From positions 215,892 to 279,891 of the forward strand of contig JAWPOF010000007.1 in the NCBI GenBank assembly GCA_033345275.1: a stretch of 64,000 nucleotides of DNA. Direction: 5' to 3'. The translations under genes and the position numbers were made by a program. A model generated the notes under the pieces. The model did not search any database and had not been told where the DNA came from. It saw nothing but the letters and a program-made list of their open reading frames with translations. This stretch comes from Alphaproteobacteria bacterium (GTDB taxonomy: Bacteria; Pseudomonadota; Alphaproteobacteria; Rs-D84). Positions 10,176 through 20,307 of the stretch are shown piece by piece (position 1 is the stretch's first letter; each line of letters starts with the position of its first letter).

Positions 10176-10584
10176 AATTTTGCTCCTTATATTTTATAAC
10201 TGTTTAACCACCAAAAAACCATCGCCAAGGATGAAAACTCATCGGATGACGTGCCACACGCATACTGCGAACTGGCTGTACAATAATGGCAATCTTTGGG
10301 ATTTGCCTACGCATTATGACCAAAAAAATCTAAAAAGTCAAATTTTTATTTGTTTTTCCTGATTAATATTCTGAACTATACTGCCGAAATGATAAAAACA
10401 TACGACAATTTTATCGCCAATTACTTGGGATGCTTTTATAGTCTGATAATTTTTGACATTTATAGAACGCGCCACCGACCCGGTTTCTGATTATCAAACG
10501 GTTTAGTATCCACAGATAAAATTTTCACAATACCCCCTGTGTTTAAATACCTAATACACAGCATGACACGAACTTTTTAACATA

Positions 10585-10968
10585 TCAAGATTTGACTTTC
10601 ACAAACTCAGATTTAATTCTTTCGCGTGTGATATTTTTAACCAAAGTATCGCCTTTTAAAACAACTGTATCGCCACGTTCAATATATTCACCCCCGCGCA
10701 TAGGGGAACCTTTTTGCATAACATCAAACACAATACGATCTTTATTACCTTGATTATCAACACAGGTTATAAGTCTAACCGCGTCATTCAACCCACCATA
10801 AACATCATACACGCCAGTCACTCGAACTGTATCAATATCTTTTTTAATCACACTTGTTTGATTGAATCTTTCTCGTAAAACACGGTTCTTTTCGGTTTCT
10901 GATTTTTTGCAAGAAGACAAAGCACACAAAGAAACTAATACGAACAATTTAGCATATGATTTCTTCAT
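10585..10968 (-). CDS. putative lipoprotein, function unknown
   Basis: ORF 10585..11001, with likely start MKKSYAKLFVLVSLCALSSC (lipobox LSSC) at 10968. Confidence 0.5.
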   Translation of the reverse strand: MKKSYAKLFVLVSLCALSSCKKSETEKNRVLRERFNQTSVIKKDIDTVRVTGVYDVYGGLNDAVRLITCVDNQGNKDRIVFDVMQKGSPMRGGEYIERGDTVVLKGDTLVKNITRERIKSEFVKVKS

Positions 10969-11120
10969 TTTTATATTATTTTCACATATCGCGCGCAACA
11001 TAGCAAACTCCTAATTTTCAAAACCTGGGGAATCCGCATGCATAAACACACAATAAGTTGCGCGACTGGAACGAATTGATGTGTGCGTCACAAGGATACC
11101 CGCTTCCACACAACCAACCT

Positions 11121-11150
11121 TAATCTTGGTGCGGACGAAGGGGAGCGTGT
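11121..11150. repeat. imperfect copy of the 3' end of tRNA-Gly (putative att remnant)
   Basis: TTAATCTTGGTGCGGACGAAGGGGAGCG aligns with TTAAT-TTGGTGCGGGCGAAGGGAATCG at 13316-13345 (tRNA 3' end plus 5 flanking nt), with 3 mismatches and 1 indel. Confidence 0.5.
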
Positions 11151-11276
11151 TTATGCCATTTTTATGCTTTTTGGACCCTTTTTACCGCTTTTTTCCATTA
11201 AAAACATTTAAATGCCTGACACTTTGCTTGGCACTTTTATAAAATAACATGTTTTTGGTCAAAAGCACATGGTTTT

Positions 11277-11876
11277 TTACCAACCCATACGTTGAATAAA
11301 CCGGCGAAGTGTAATTGTCTGAACATCCATTATTCTGGCAATTTGTGATTTTGATACGCCCTTGTCCAACAGTTCTTTGACCCGTTTGGTGTTTTTAGAC
11401 AGTTTTAACTTCTTTGACTGTGCTGCAAATGGTCTGCCTAACTTCTTACCCCTTGCTTTGATACTGTCCAAAGACGCTTTTGTTCGTTGCGATATCAGAT
11501 TCCGTTCAATTTCAGCGGACAAACCAAAAGCAAATGCCATGACCTTTGACTGAATATCATTCCCCAGACGATAATTTTCTTTGATTGTCCAGACCTGACA
11601 GTTTTTATTCAGACATTTTTCCAATATTTTCATAACTTCCAATAACGAACGCCCCAGTCGTGATATTTCAGCAGTAATCAAAATATCACCGTCTTGTAAA
11701 GATTTCAACAACTCCCCCAGTTGTCTTTTATGCAACGGTTTTCGTGAACAGATTGTTTCTTCAACCCATTTATCGATTGAAATCCCAGTATTTTTTGCAA
11801 ACTGTTCTATTTCAAAGTGCTGATGTTCGTGTGTTTGTTTATTGGAACTGACGCGAATGCACCCGATTACAGACAT
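11277..11876 (-). CDS. small serine recombinase (resolvase/invertase family)
   Basis: The 199-aa product has catalytic N-terminus 'IGCIRVSSNKQ', 'ISRLGRS' and 'SAEIERNLISQRTK', plus a C-terminal HTH 'VSKSQIARIMDVQTITLRRF'. It is a paralog of 38356..38958. Confidence 0.9.
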   Translation of the reverse strand: MSVIGCIRVSSNKQTHEHQHFEIEQFAKNTGISIDKWVEETICSRKPLHKRQLGELLKSLQDGDILITAEISRLGRSLLEVMKILEKCLNKNCQVWTIKENYRLGNDIQSKVMAFAFGLSAEIERNLISQRTKASLDSIKARGKKLGRPFAAQSKKLKLSKNTKRVKELLDKGVSKSQIARIMDVQTITLRRFIQRMGW

Positions 11877-12038
11877 AATTTTTCCTTTATTTTTTGTTAA
11901 TACCTGGTCATTTTTATAGAAAGATAGGTTTGAAGTGTGTTCGATCAGAATAAATTAGTTGATTTTACATAATGTACATTATAACATGATTATTGACGGG
12001 GGAAAATTGGAGATATAAAACGACAAAAGGTACATTTA

Positions 12039-12806
12039 ATGCTAAAAATCCCGTTGAATTCTGCGATATTGTCTAAACATAAATCAATTGCAGATTCTGT
12101 AAATGTTAAATACAAATCTAAATATGATCGCGAGAATTTTAGGCATACAGAATGTATGTTCCTGACGCAAAACGAAGGTAGATTAATATACACAACATGT
12201 CAAGGTACGCGTGCGTTAAAAAATTGGGAAGAAGTAGATTTTATTTTACCGTATCCGTTGGCGATTAATTTGTCGTCTGTGCCATATGGTTTATCAGAGT
12301 CATATTCTTGCTTGGAAATTCCAGATTGTACAATGGAATCAATCAAAACTTTTTATGATTCTTCGCGGCCAAAATATATCAAAGATTCTGATTTACATAC
12401 CAAGGTTGTTGCAATTAATAACCGTCGTGCAAATGTGGAATTTATTGATCCAAAACGTTTTGATCTGAATTTTGATGTTTATTTCAAAATGGTTAAGGAA
12501 AATCCACTAACAGACATAAGTAAATTTGCATGGTTTATGCGAAATAGTGAAGATAAAATTGATTATTATGATATTGCTAAAATATACAGATTAGTATTCG
12601 GACAGCATAATGTATTTTATAAAATGGGTGAACAGCAAATCTTGCGTAGTATTAATCAGTTGCATGCCAAGGCCAGCACGCACGGCATAATAGAACATTC
12701 GACACACGATGGTGTAGAAATGGAAACATATCATTTTCCATTTACGATATTCGAAGATGCAAATCAAAAACTTATGTGGCAGGGTTTTGCACAACGTGTG
12801 AAATAA
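12039..12806 (+). CDS. hypothetical protein (islet cargo)
   Basis: The 255-aa ORF is AT-rich with no recognisable motif. It is divergent from the recombinase gene. Confidence 0.4.
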   Translation: MLKIPLNSAILSKHKSIADSVNVKYKSKYDRENFRHTECMFLTQNEGRLIYTTCQGTRALKNWEEVDFILPYPLAINLSSVPYGLSESYSCLEIPDCTMESIKTFYDSSRPKYIKDSDLHTKVVAINNRRANVEFIDPKRFDLNFDVYFKMVKENPLTDISKFAWFMRNSEDKIDYYDIAKIYRLVFGQHNVFYKMGEQQILRSINQLHAKASTHGIIEHSTHDGVEMETYHFPFTIFEDANQKLMWQGFAQRVK

Positions 12807-13277
12807 ATTAAATGTTATCTAAATTGCATCACCGATAACAATAGTTTTTTTGATATTTTCTTGGTGCTGGTTGTTGTGATGCCAAGGCGAGTCCAAAGTC
12901 CCGGATTTCCAATAGTGGTTGGTCAGTTGATTTTATATCGCAGATCATAATTGGGATAAAATTGGATATCGTGGTATGGTGATTGATATTATGGCTGCGT
13001 ATTCTAGATTATATATTGCTGATAATAAATAGTTATCAAAATGCCCCAGCGTGCATTTTAATAACTGTGGTTGTGGCGCACTCAATTCCCTCGGCATAAA
13101 TGCCTGCGGGGCATTCCTAACGATTTGATTGCGCGCATATACAGATTGTCATTTGCTTGACAGTTTGCTTTACACTTTTTGAACATAGTTATTTGCCTAT
13201 TATTTTTCAAGTGTTCCAAGCAAAAAAATATTGGAATTACAATACATTGGTTGCATTGCTGTTTCTTGTGTATCAAA

Positions 13278-13305
13278 CAAAAAAATCCGACAGATAATGC
13301 CGGAT
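13278..13305 (-). terminator. terminator downstream of tRNA-Gly
   Basis: On the minus strand, ATCCGGCATTATCTGTCGGAT is followed by TTTTTTT, 17 nt after the tRNA 3' end. Confidence 0.55.
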
Positions 13306-13322
13306 TTTCAATATTTTTAATT

Positions 13323-13396
13323 TGGTGCGGGCGAAGGGAATCGAACCCTCGTCTTCAGCTTGGGAAGCTGACGTGCTACCATTATACCACGCCCGC
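13323..13396 (-). tRNA. tRNA-Gly (anticodon CCC)
   Basis: Reverse complement: GCGGGCGTGGTATAATGGTAGCACGTCAGCTTCCCAAGCTGAAGACGAGGGTTCGATTCCCTTCGCCCGCACCA. It has a 7-bp acceptor, anticodon loop TTCCCAA, T-loop TTCGATT and an encoded CCA. It closely resembles E. coli glyU. Confidence 0.9.
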
Positions 13397-13464
13397 AAAA
13401 GTACAACTTGAATGATATAACAAAAACTATCTCATGTCCAGAACAGATTTTGCTTAGCTACATT

Positions 13465-13932
13465 TTACCTGTTTTTCGACCCACGCCTTGTTAACCGTCT
13501 ATCATTACTGTACTTTTCCTTATCTTTCTTTTTATTCAAATTTTTGTCTGTATCTTTTGCAACGGTCGTCACACGGACACTCATAATAGTTTCGACAAGA
13601 CCGGATTTAATGTCATACCGATAATCGACCTGGCACAAACAATCGGCCTTGACTGCATTATTGCAATGCCTGTGCATAGGCTGCAGATTATCCAAAGAAT
13701 CACTGCCACCCGCAGATTTTGGCACTATATGATCCCAGGTAAAATCTTTTATATTATAAATATAGTCATGGCACCACGGACAGACTGGATAATGCCCACT
13801 AAGAATCAACAACGAATAAATCTTTTTCAAATGACGCCGTGTCAACTGGTCTGGATTCTTTTCCAAAGCCCGCAACAGCATCATCGCTTCACCGGCAAAC
13901 GACATACAAACACACCCTTTATTTACCTGCAA
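13465..13932 (-). CDS. HNH endonuclease-domain protein
   Basis: 'CPWCHDYI...WDHIVPKSAGGSDSLDNLQPMHRHCN' is an HNH motif, followed by a Lys-rich tail. The start is uncertain (13932 or MSFAGE at 13905). Confidence 0.7.
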   Translation of the reverse strand: MQVNKGCVCMSFAGEAMMLLRALEKNPDQLTRRHLKKIYSLLILSGHYPVCPWCHDYIYNIKDFTWDHIVPKSAGGSDSLDNLQPMHRHCNNAVKADCLCQVDYRYDIKSGLVETIMSVRVTTVAKDTDKNLNKKKDKEKYSNDRRLTRRGSKNR

Positions 13933-15070
13933 CTGGAATTTGCAACAACTGTTTTGGATAAATCAAATCCGGATTAGCGATTGCATTACGTTCTGCGATA
14001 ATACTGAATAAAATACCACGCCGCATAAAATTACGCGCAATAATCCACAAACAATCCCCGCGCCGCACAGTATAATAAGTATCGTCATCACCCGTCATTT
14101 CTGGCATAACAAATTTATGGACCACACTGCCAACTGTACGACCATCACCATCATGCATACGCACAACCAGTTCATATTCTTTTCCGCTTTCCAATTCGCC
14201 TACATCCGCCCCCAGCCCAAAGTGTTTATGGTCGGACACACGCGCAAAGCCCATATATTTATCATTCAAACTCAACGACACACGCAACCGTGGCAACCCA
14301 TCACCGGACACTACAACACGTCCCGTGTCCAAATAATCAATCTTGGACACAGACAAATCACCATCACGCAACATGGCCGGCGCTTGCAACAATGTACTGC
14401 CTTCTTTTGTCATCAACAGCGATACAGAATTATCCACCCCCTTATCCGAGATATAAACAAAAACCCTGTCCGAAGATTTTACTTCTGGTTCAGCCCCCAA
14501 CAACGCAATTGTATAATTACCCGGGCCCCATGCGTATGACGAAGTATAAACAAATTCACCCGCATAGTCTGTGCGTTCCGTCGCGACAATCTTGTTATTC
14601 ACCACAATAGAAATATTCTGATATGGCAACCAACGACCTGCGATAACAATATCCCCATCTTTTTCGATACGCACGATATCAAATGTCGGCACATTAAATT
14701 CATCATTTACTTTTTGTACAATCGGCTCTGGCACAACAGGCACCACCATAACACGAGGCTGAGTAGCCCCACGAATAAACATCACCCAAATCGCAATAAA
14801 GATTACTAAAAGCGCACACACAATCGGAAACCAATATGCACGCAATGTGCCGTGGCGATTGCGAGCGGACTCAACATCTTTGACCTCGACAGACTGATTT
14901 TCCAACTGTTTTCTTTTTGATGGGCGCGCAAACATATTCAAAGATTTCAAAAATACACGTGTATATTCACGACGATTTTCCTGCCAATCGCTTTGTCTAG
15001 CAATCGCTTCATTAATTAAATCATCGGTTGAACGTTTTATTTTTCCCATATTGTTGTTCTGTTTTGACAT
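13919..15070 (-). CDS. membrane-anchored LysM-domain protein
   Basis: It has a single TM 'YWFPIVCALLVIFIAIWVMFI' and a C-terminal LysM 'YTVRRGDCLWIIARNF...IYPKQLLQIPV'. Confidence 0.7.
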   Translation of the reverse strand: MSKQNNNMGKIKRSTDDLINEAIARQSDWQENRREYTRVFLKSLNMFARPSKRKQLENQSVEVKDVESARNRHGTLRAYWFPIVCALLVIFIAIWVMFIRGATQPRVMVVPVVPEPIVQKVNDEFNVPTFDIVRIEKDGDIVIAGRWLPYQNISIVVNNKIVATERTDYAGEFVYTSSYAWGPGNYTIALLGAEPEVKSSDRVFVYISDKGVDNSVSLLMTKEGSTLLQAPAMLRDGDLSVSKIDYLDTGRVVVSGDGLPRLRVSLSLNDKYMGFARVSDHKHFGLGADVGELESGKEYELVVRMHDGDGRTVGSVVHKFVMPEMTGDDDTYYTVRRGDCLWIIARNFMRRGILFSIIAERNAIANPDLIYPKQLLQIPVAGK

Positions 15071-15147
15071 TACTGATACTCCTGCAGAATAAAATACATA
15101 TAGTCTCAGAAAATTATTCCAAATAATATTTCTTTGTCAATTCATTT

Positions 15148-15156
15148 ATGGTATAA
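15148..15156 (+). promoter_or_regulatory. extended -10 promoter element upstream of pfk
   Basis: TGGTATAAT (TGnTATAAT) lies 25 nt upstream of the ATG, with RBS ACGGAGA. Confidence 0.4.
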
Positions 15157-15180
15157 TCTTGGGGAAATACGGAGATACAC

Positions 15181-16260
15181 ATGAAAAAGATTGGAATTAT
15201 GACAACTGGTGGCGATTGCAGTGGCCTGAACACAGCAATTTGGCACATTATGACAGGCGCACGCCTGCGTGGATGGGATGTATACGGCATCCTAGACGGC
15301 ACAGACGGCCTGTGCGTCACCCCGCCGGCAGCCATCAAACTAAGCGACATGTTGCTGCCAATCGAAAACATGCGTCTGGCAGGCAGTTTTTTGCACAACG
15401 GCCGAGCAACGGCGCTAAACTTTGAAACAGCCACCGAAACAGGCCGCATCCAGGCATTCAACAAACAGCTGCGAAAATCCTTACAGGCATTAAAACTGGA
15501 CGCACTGATTTTAATTGGTGGCAACGGCAGTTTGTCATTGGCCTGGGCGAACCGTGAAACCTATCGTGATTTACAGTTGATATGCATACCTAAAACAATC
15601 GATATGGATATTCCTGGCACCGATAGCACAATCGGGTTTAACACCGCCGTTCAACAGTTAACATCCTTTTGTGACCAATTAATGTTGACAGCACGCAGTC
15701 ATCATCGATGGTTTGTGGTTCAATCGATGGGGCGCGACTGTGGCATGCTGGCACTGCATGCCGGAATCGCTTCGGGGGCATCCGCGATATTAATCCCAGA
15801 AATAAAATTCGACATCAACAACTTAATCAAACATATAAAATCTGCTCCCCAAGACTATGGTATAATCATAGCTTCCGAGGGCATAAAACTGCGCGGACAT
15901 TCCGGCCAACCAGCTAATATGATTTCACGCAAATTAACATCTGCGGGCATAGTAAATCGTGTTGCATTCCCCGAACATACCCAACGCGCAGGCGACACAA
16001 CCGCCACCGACCGCATTTTGGCCACACGTTTTGCGGATTGCGCCTTGAACGCAATCGATAACGGCGAAACCTATGTCATGACCACCATAAAATGCGACAG
16101 CGTTCACACCATCCCCTTGGCTGAATTTGTTTCATTGGGTGAATGTGTCACAGACCCAAAAATACCAGACCTGATGACATCAAACTCCTATGTTTCTCCG
16201 GACAATCCATTATTGGATGTTGCGTATAATATGGGAATTTATATAGGGGAACAGAAATAA
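15181..16260 (+). CDS. pfk: 6-phosphofructokinase (PfkA family; phosphoryl donor uncertain)
   Basis: 'IGIMTTGGDCSGLN', 'LILIGGNGS', 'IPKTIDMDIPGTDSTIGFNTA' and 'VQSMGRDCG'. Confidence 0.8.
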   Translation: MKKIGIMTTGGDCSGLNTAIWHIMTGARLRGWDVYGILDGTDGLCVTPPAAIKLSDMLLPIENMRLAGSFLHNGRATALNFETATETGRIQAFNKQLRKSLQALKLDALILIGGNGSLSLAWANRETYRDLQLICIPKTIDMDIPGTDSTIGFNTAVQQLTSFCDQLMLTARSHHRWFVVQSMGRDCGMLALHAGIASGASAILIPEIKFDINNLIKHIKSAPQDYGIIIASEGIKLRGHSGQPANMISRKLTSAGIVNRVAFPEHTQRAGDTTATDRILATRFADCALNAIDNGETYVMTTIKCDSVHTIPLAEFVSLGECVTDPKIPDLMTSNSYVSPDNPLLDVAYNMGIYIGEQK

Positions 16261-16290
16261 AAACAACCGCCACATGGCGGTTGTTTTTAA

Positions 16291-17442
16291 CTATGCATTT
16301 TCACCGGCAACACGTCCACTGGCCCACGCCCAATGCAAATTAAATCCACCTAAATCCCCAGCAACATCCAAAACCTCGCCAGCAAAGAATAATCCCGAAC
16401 ATAACTTTGATTCCATTGTCTTGGATGACACCTCATTTGTATCAACACCGCCACGCACAACCTCGGCGCTGGCCAAATTATGATATCTAATTTTATCACC
16501 TGGAACATTCATTTTTGAAACACGTTCTGCAATTTGTGCAATCTCAGAATCTTTAATATCCGCAATATTGCGCGATTCATCCCCTGCAATCCATTTGGCT
16601 AGACGCGCCGGCAACCATTGTCCCAAAATGCCCACCAGACTTTTTTTACCATAAATCCTTTTCGCATTTCGCAACTCTTGCGCGACATCGACATCCGGCA
16701 ATAAATCAATATAAATCCCATCATGAACATCATATAAACTGGCGCGATATGTTGCGGGTCCTCCAATTCCAAAATGTGTGAACAGCAAAGAATCACGCAC
16801 TGTATTTTTTCCGATAGTTATAATCACATCCAATGTAATTCCCGCAAAATCAGATGGCATACATGCACACGCCAACGCGCACAAAGCAGGGCGCACAGGA
16901 ATAATTTTATGACCAAACTGTTTAGCAATTTTATACCCCGCGTCCGACACCCCCAACACACCAAATGACGTACCACCAGTCGCAACAATCACAGAACGCG
17001 CCACACAATTATCAACAATAAAATTATCACCATCTTTGCGCACATCGTTAATCGTCGTATTATACACAAAATCCACCCCACGCGCATCGTCCATCAAAGC
17101 ATCCAATACCACGCCCGCTCCATCGACACAGAAATACTGTCCCGCATTTTTTTCAACCAGTGATATATTATGCGCGTTTGTCCATTCGACAATATCATAC
17201 GGCGACACACGACTAATCGCACCACGTACAAAGTCCCGATTTTCACCAAAATACCTGTCATACCGCGCCGCCAGATTTGTGATATTACACCGTCCACCAC
17301 CCGACGCCATAATTTTACGCCCCGGTGTTTTACCCATATCAAACACAACAACGCGTTTCCCGCGCGAAACCAGCACGCCCGCGGCACTAAGCCCCGCCGC
17401 CCCCGCACCAATAATAATCACATCATATCTGGATAACACCAT
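16291..17442 (-). CDS. HI0933/YhiN-like FAD-dependent oxidoreductase
   Basis: ORF 16291..17526, with likely start MVLSRYDVIIIGAGAAGLSAAG (Rossmann GxGxxG) at 17442. The C-terminus is 'FFAGEVLDVAGDLGGFNLHWAWASG'. Confidence 0.75.
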   Translation of the reverse strand: MVLSRYDVIIIGAGAAGLSAAGVLVSRGKRVVVFDMGKTPGRKIMASGGGRCNITNLAARYDRYFGENRDFVRGAISRVSPYDIVEWTNAHNISLVEKNAGQYFCVDGAGVVLDALMDDARGVDFVYNTTINDVRKDGDNFIVDNCVARSVIVATGGTSFGVLGVSDAGYKIAKQFGHKIIPVRPALCALACACMPSDFAGITLDVIITIGKNTVRDSLLFTHFGIGGPATYRASLYDVHDGIYIDLLPDVDVAQELRNAKRIYGKKSLVGILGQWLPARLAKWIAGDESRNIADIKDSEIAQIAERVSKMNVPGDKIRYHNLASAEVVRGGVDTNEVSSKTMESKLCSGLFFAGEVLDVAGDLGGFNLHWAWASGRVAGENA

Positions 17443-18655
17443 CTGCAAACTCGATTGATTTTGGCACACCAGCATCCACGCGACTGATAATCTGATTGTT
17501 TTCACCGCGCACAATTGCATACCCACGCGATAAAACGCTTTTATAAGACAGCGAATTTAACATCTGCCCCAGATGCGCCACCGCCTGATTCAAACTTGCC
17601 ATACGATTTTGTAAAACATTTGGAAATGCAGACACCACTTCCATCTTTTGATAGGCGGCACTAATTTTGGCATTAACAATGATATTCATCGTCCGCCCCA
17701 AATCATCCAGTCGTTGCGCATGTTCCATAACCAGTTGTTTGGGACTTTTAATATTAATCGATTCTATACGTTGTTTTGCATTTACAAGACGAGTCATAAA
17801 ATTTCCCGACAACCGCACCCACATATTATCCAGTTCCTGAGTTAACGCCAATTTTGTTGGCACAACGGCCTCGGCCGCGCCGGTGGGGGTTGGCGCACGA
17901 TAATCGGCTGCAAAATCAATTAACATCCAATCAGGTTCATGTCCAACGCCGGAAATCAGCGGGATACGACTGGCCGCCGCCGCCCGCACAACAATTTCTT
18001 CGGAAAACGGCAACAAATCTTCCAGCGAACCACCGCCACGCGCCACAATAATAACATCAACATTATTTTCACGGTTAAAGTACTCGATACCCGCTGCCAC
18101 CTCGGCTGCTGCCGTCGCGCCCTGAACCGTCGCAGGGTATAACAACACATGCACCGGGAACCGTTCCCGCAAACGGTTTTGGATATCTTGGAACGCAGCA
18201 CCCGTTGGACTGGTCACCACCCCAATTCTTTGTGGCAATCGGGGCAGGGGCTTTTTTCGTGCGTCATCAAACAAGCCTTCTGCCGCCAATTTGCGCTTGC
18301 GCTCTTCTAACATTTTCAGTATCGCGCCCACACCCGCCATTTCAATTTCACTTGCAATAATCTGATAATTACTGCGCGCCGGGTATGTCGTAAAACGTCC
18401 AGTAATAATAACCTCTAACCCATCTTCCAACTTGAACGGAACGGGCGTGCCACGCCAAATTATCACAGAAATCGCAGCCCCCGAATCCTTAATCGTCATA
18501 TACATATGCCCCGATGTCGCACGTGTAATCTGCGATAATTCACCACGAATTTTAATCCGCGGGAACGCCGATTCCACAACCCCCTTTAACAGGGCGGACG
18601 CATCCGACACACTAAAAATCATTTCACCGTTAACAAAAGATTCTGGTTTTTGCAT
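17423..18655 (-). CDS. xseA: exodeoxyribonuclease VII large subunit
   Basis: The 410-aa product has an N-terminal OB fold ('IKIRGELSQ'), 'RIGVVTSPTGAAFQDI' and 'VIIVARGGGSLEDL'. Confidence 0.9.
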   Translation of the reverse strand: MQKPESFVNGEMIFSVSDASALLKGVVESAFPRIKIRGELSQITRATSGHMYMTIKDSGAAISVIIWRGTPVPFKLEDGLEVIITGRFTTYPARSNYQIIASEIEMAGVGAILKMLEERKRKLAAEGLFDDARKKPLPRLPQRIGVVTSPTGAAFQDIQNRLRERFPVHVLLYPATVQGATAAAEVAAGIEYFNRENNVDVIIVARGGGSLEDLLPFSEEIVVRAAAASRIPLISGVGHEPDWMLIDFAADYRAPTPTGAAEAVVPTKLALTQELDNMWVRLSGNFMTRLVNAKQRIESINIKSPKQLVMEHAQRLDDLGRTMNIIVNAKISAAYQKMEVVSAFPNVLQNRMASLNQAVAHLGQMLNSLSYKSVLSRGYAIVRGENNQIISRVDAGVPKSIEFADGVIQI

Positions 18656-18660
18656 ACTAT

Positions 18661-19152
18661 TTACCGTCTGTCTAATTCATGTTTAACACGTTTAATAAAT
18701 TCAGCCTTATTCGGGGTTTTCATATCCCGCATATGTTTATTAATCGGCTCGCCCAAATGATATGGCACAACCAAAGGCGCAAATTGATCGCCCGTTGTAT
18801 CAAATGGCATATTCGTAAATTTGTTCTGCAAATACACAACCGGCGCATACTCCCACACCCCCGGTTTAATTGCAGAAGGTTCCCAAACGTCGTCCCCACC
18901 ATACAATTCATATATACAAATACTGGACAATGCACAAAATCCCTTAGTCCACGGCACAAATCTCTGAAACGCATCTTGCCCCACGAATTTACGTCTAAAT
19001 TTTTCATCCGCGTACAAATTTCGCAACACATAAACAATATCATACAAAGTATACTGTGCGTCAAAATGCGACAAACTGCCCCGGTCGATTTCCGCCGCCT
19101 GCCTCAGCAATTTTTGTGTTGCCATATCATAAGTTTTCTTATAGTTTTCCAT
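18661..19152 (-). CDS. hypothetical protein
   Basis: ORF 18661..19182, with likely start MENYKK. No recognisable motif. Confidence 0.4.
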   Translation of the reverse strand: MENYKKTYDMATQKLLRQAAEIDRGSLSHFDAQYTLYDIVYVLRNLYADEKFRRKFVGQDAFQRFVPWTKGFCALSSICIYELYGGDDVWEPSAIKPGVWEYAPVVYLQNKFTNMPFDTTGDQFAPLVVPYHLGEPINKHMRDMKTPNKAEFIKRVKHELDRR

Positions 19153-19182
19153 ACCACACATTATAGCACACATAAACATCAA

Positions 19183-20307
19183 TTACAATTCTGTCAACGG
19201 CCACCGCGGACGTGGCGCAATCGGTTCAACAACAACGCACCCCACACGATAATTTTCAATTCCAGCCCACGCAATCATCGCGCCATTATCCGTACATAAA
19301 TTCATCGGTGGCGCGGCAAACACCATATTATTTTTCTTGGCCAGTTTTTCCATTGCGGCACGAATTGCACTGTTTTTTGCAACACCGCCCGCCACAACCA
19401 ATGTTTTTGGCATCGCATCGCGCACACGTGAATCACGCATTGCATTATTCAATCTGTTAACGATACAATCAACAACCGCCGCCTGGAAAGATGCACAAAA
19501 ATCATTGATATATTCATCTGTTAATGGCGTTTCCGCCCGACCTAAAAATGTACGCGCCGCGGTCTTAATCCCACTGAATGAAAAATCACACCCCGGCTTA
19601 TCACACAGTGGCCGCGGAAAGTCAAACGCGCGCGGATTGCCATCTTGGGCGCGTTTATCTACAATCGGCCCACCTGGATAGCCCAACCCCAGCATTTTTG
19701 CCACCTTGTCATAGGCTTCACCTGCGCTGTCATCCAACGTCTGCCCAATCAATTCATATTGTCCAACACCACGCACCAACAAAATCTGACAATGCCCACC
19801 AGATGCCAACATTAATAAATAAGGGAACTCAACATCGACACCCGCACCTGTACCATCTGCACGCGTTGCATGCAATCGTGGGACCAAAGCATGCCCCTCC
19901 AGATGATTGACCGCAACCAATGGTTTGCCTGTTGACTGGGCAATCCCGGTTGCCGCCATCCATCCGACCAACACGCCACCAATCAGCCCCGGTCCTGCAG
20001 TTGCCGCCACAACATCAACGTCATCAATTATCTTGCCTGCCTTTACCAAGGTTTGCTTTATCACTTCATCAATCGCCAAGATATGTGCCCGTGCCGCCAA
20101 TTCTGGCACGACACCGCCATATTTTTGATGTTCTGGAATTTGCGAATAAATGACATGCGATAAAATATTGCGATTACTGTCCACCAGCGCAGCCGATGTT
20201 TCATCACAAGACGATTCAATCCCCAGACACAACACCGCGTTATCATCATGGGCTACACCGCGCATCCCGCCCATATCCATACAAATTAGTTTTTCATCAT
20301 TATTCAT
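19183..20307 (-). CDS. tsaD: tRNA N6-adenosine threonylcarbamoyltransferase TsaD
   Basis: 'LGIESSCDETSAA', 'NHLEGHAL', 'LMLASGGHCQ' and 'VVAGGVAKNSAIR'. The true start may be an internal Met. Confidence 0.92.
   Translation of the reverse strand: MNNDEKLICMDMGGMRGVAHDDNAVLCLGIESSCDETSAALVDSNRNILSHVIYSQIPEHQKYGGVVPELAARAHILAIDEVIKQTLVKAGKIIDDVDVVAATAGPGLIGGVLVGWMAATGIAQSTGKPLVAVNHLEGHALVPRLHATRADGTGAGVDVEFPYLLMLASGGHCQILLVRGVGQYELIGQTLDDSAGEAYDKVAKMLGLGYPGGPIVDKRAQDGNPRAFDFPRPLCDKPGCDFSFSGIKTAARTFLGRAETPLTDEYINDFCASFQAAVVDCIVNRLNNAMRDSRVRDAMPKTLVVAGGVAKNSAIRAAMEKLAKKNNMVFAAPPMNLCTDNGAMIAWAGIENYRVGCVVVEPIAPRPRWPLTEL

Larger units (their letters stand above)
11121..13322. mobile_element. small tRNA-Gly-associated islet (serine recombinase + orphan ORF)
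   Basis: It is bounded by the tRNA-Gly 3' end and its imperfect repeat. It contains a recombinase gene and a visibly AT-rich orphan ORF, and interrupts otherwise core gene order. Confidence 0.45.

Noticed and set aside
10180-10362. 60-aa + strand ORF upstream of rpsP
   Set aside because: It sits in the rpsP promoter/leader region, has no RBS and has an unremarkable composition. It is likely non-coding.
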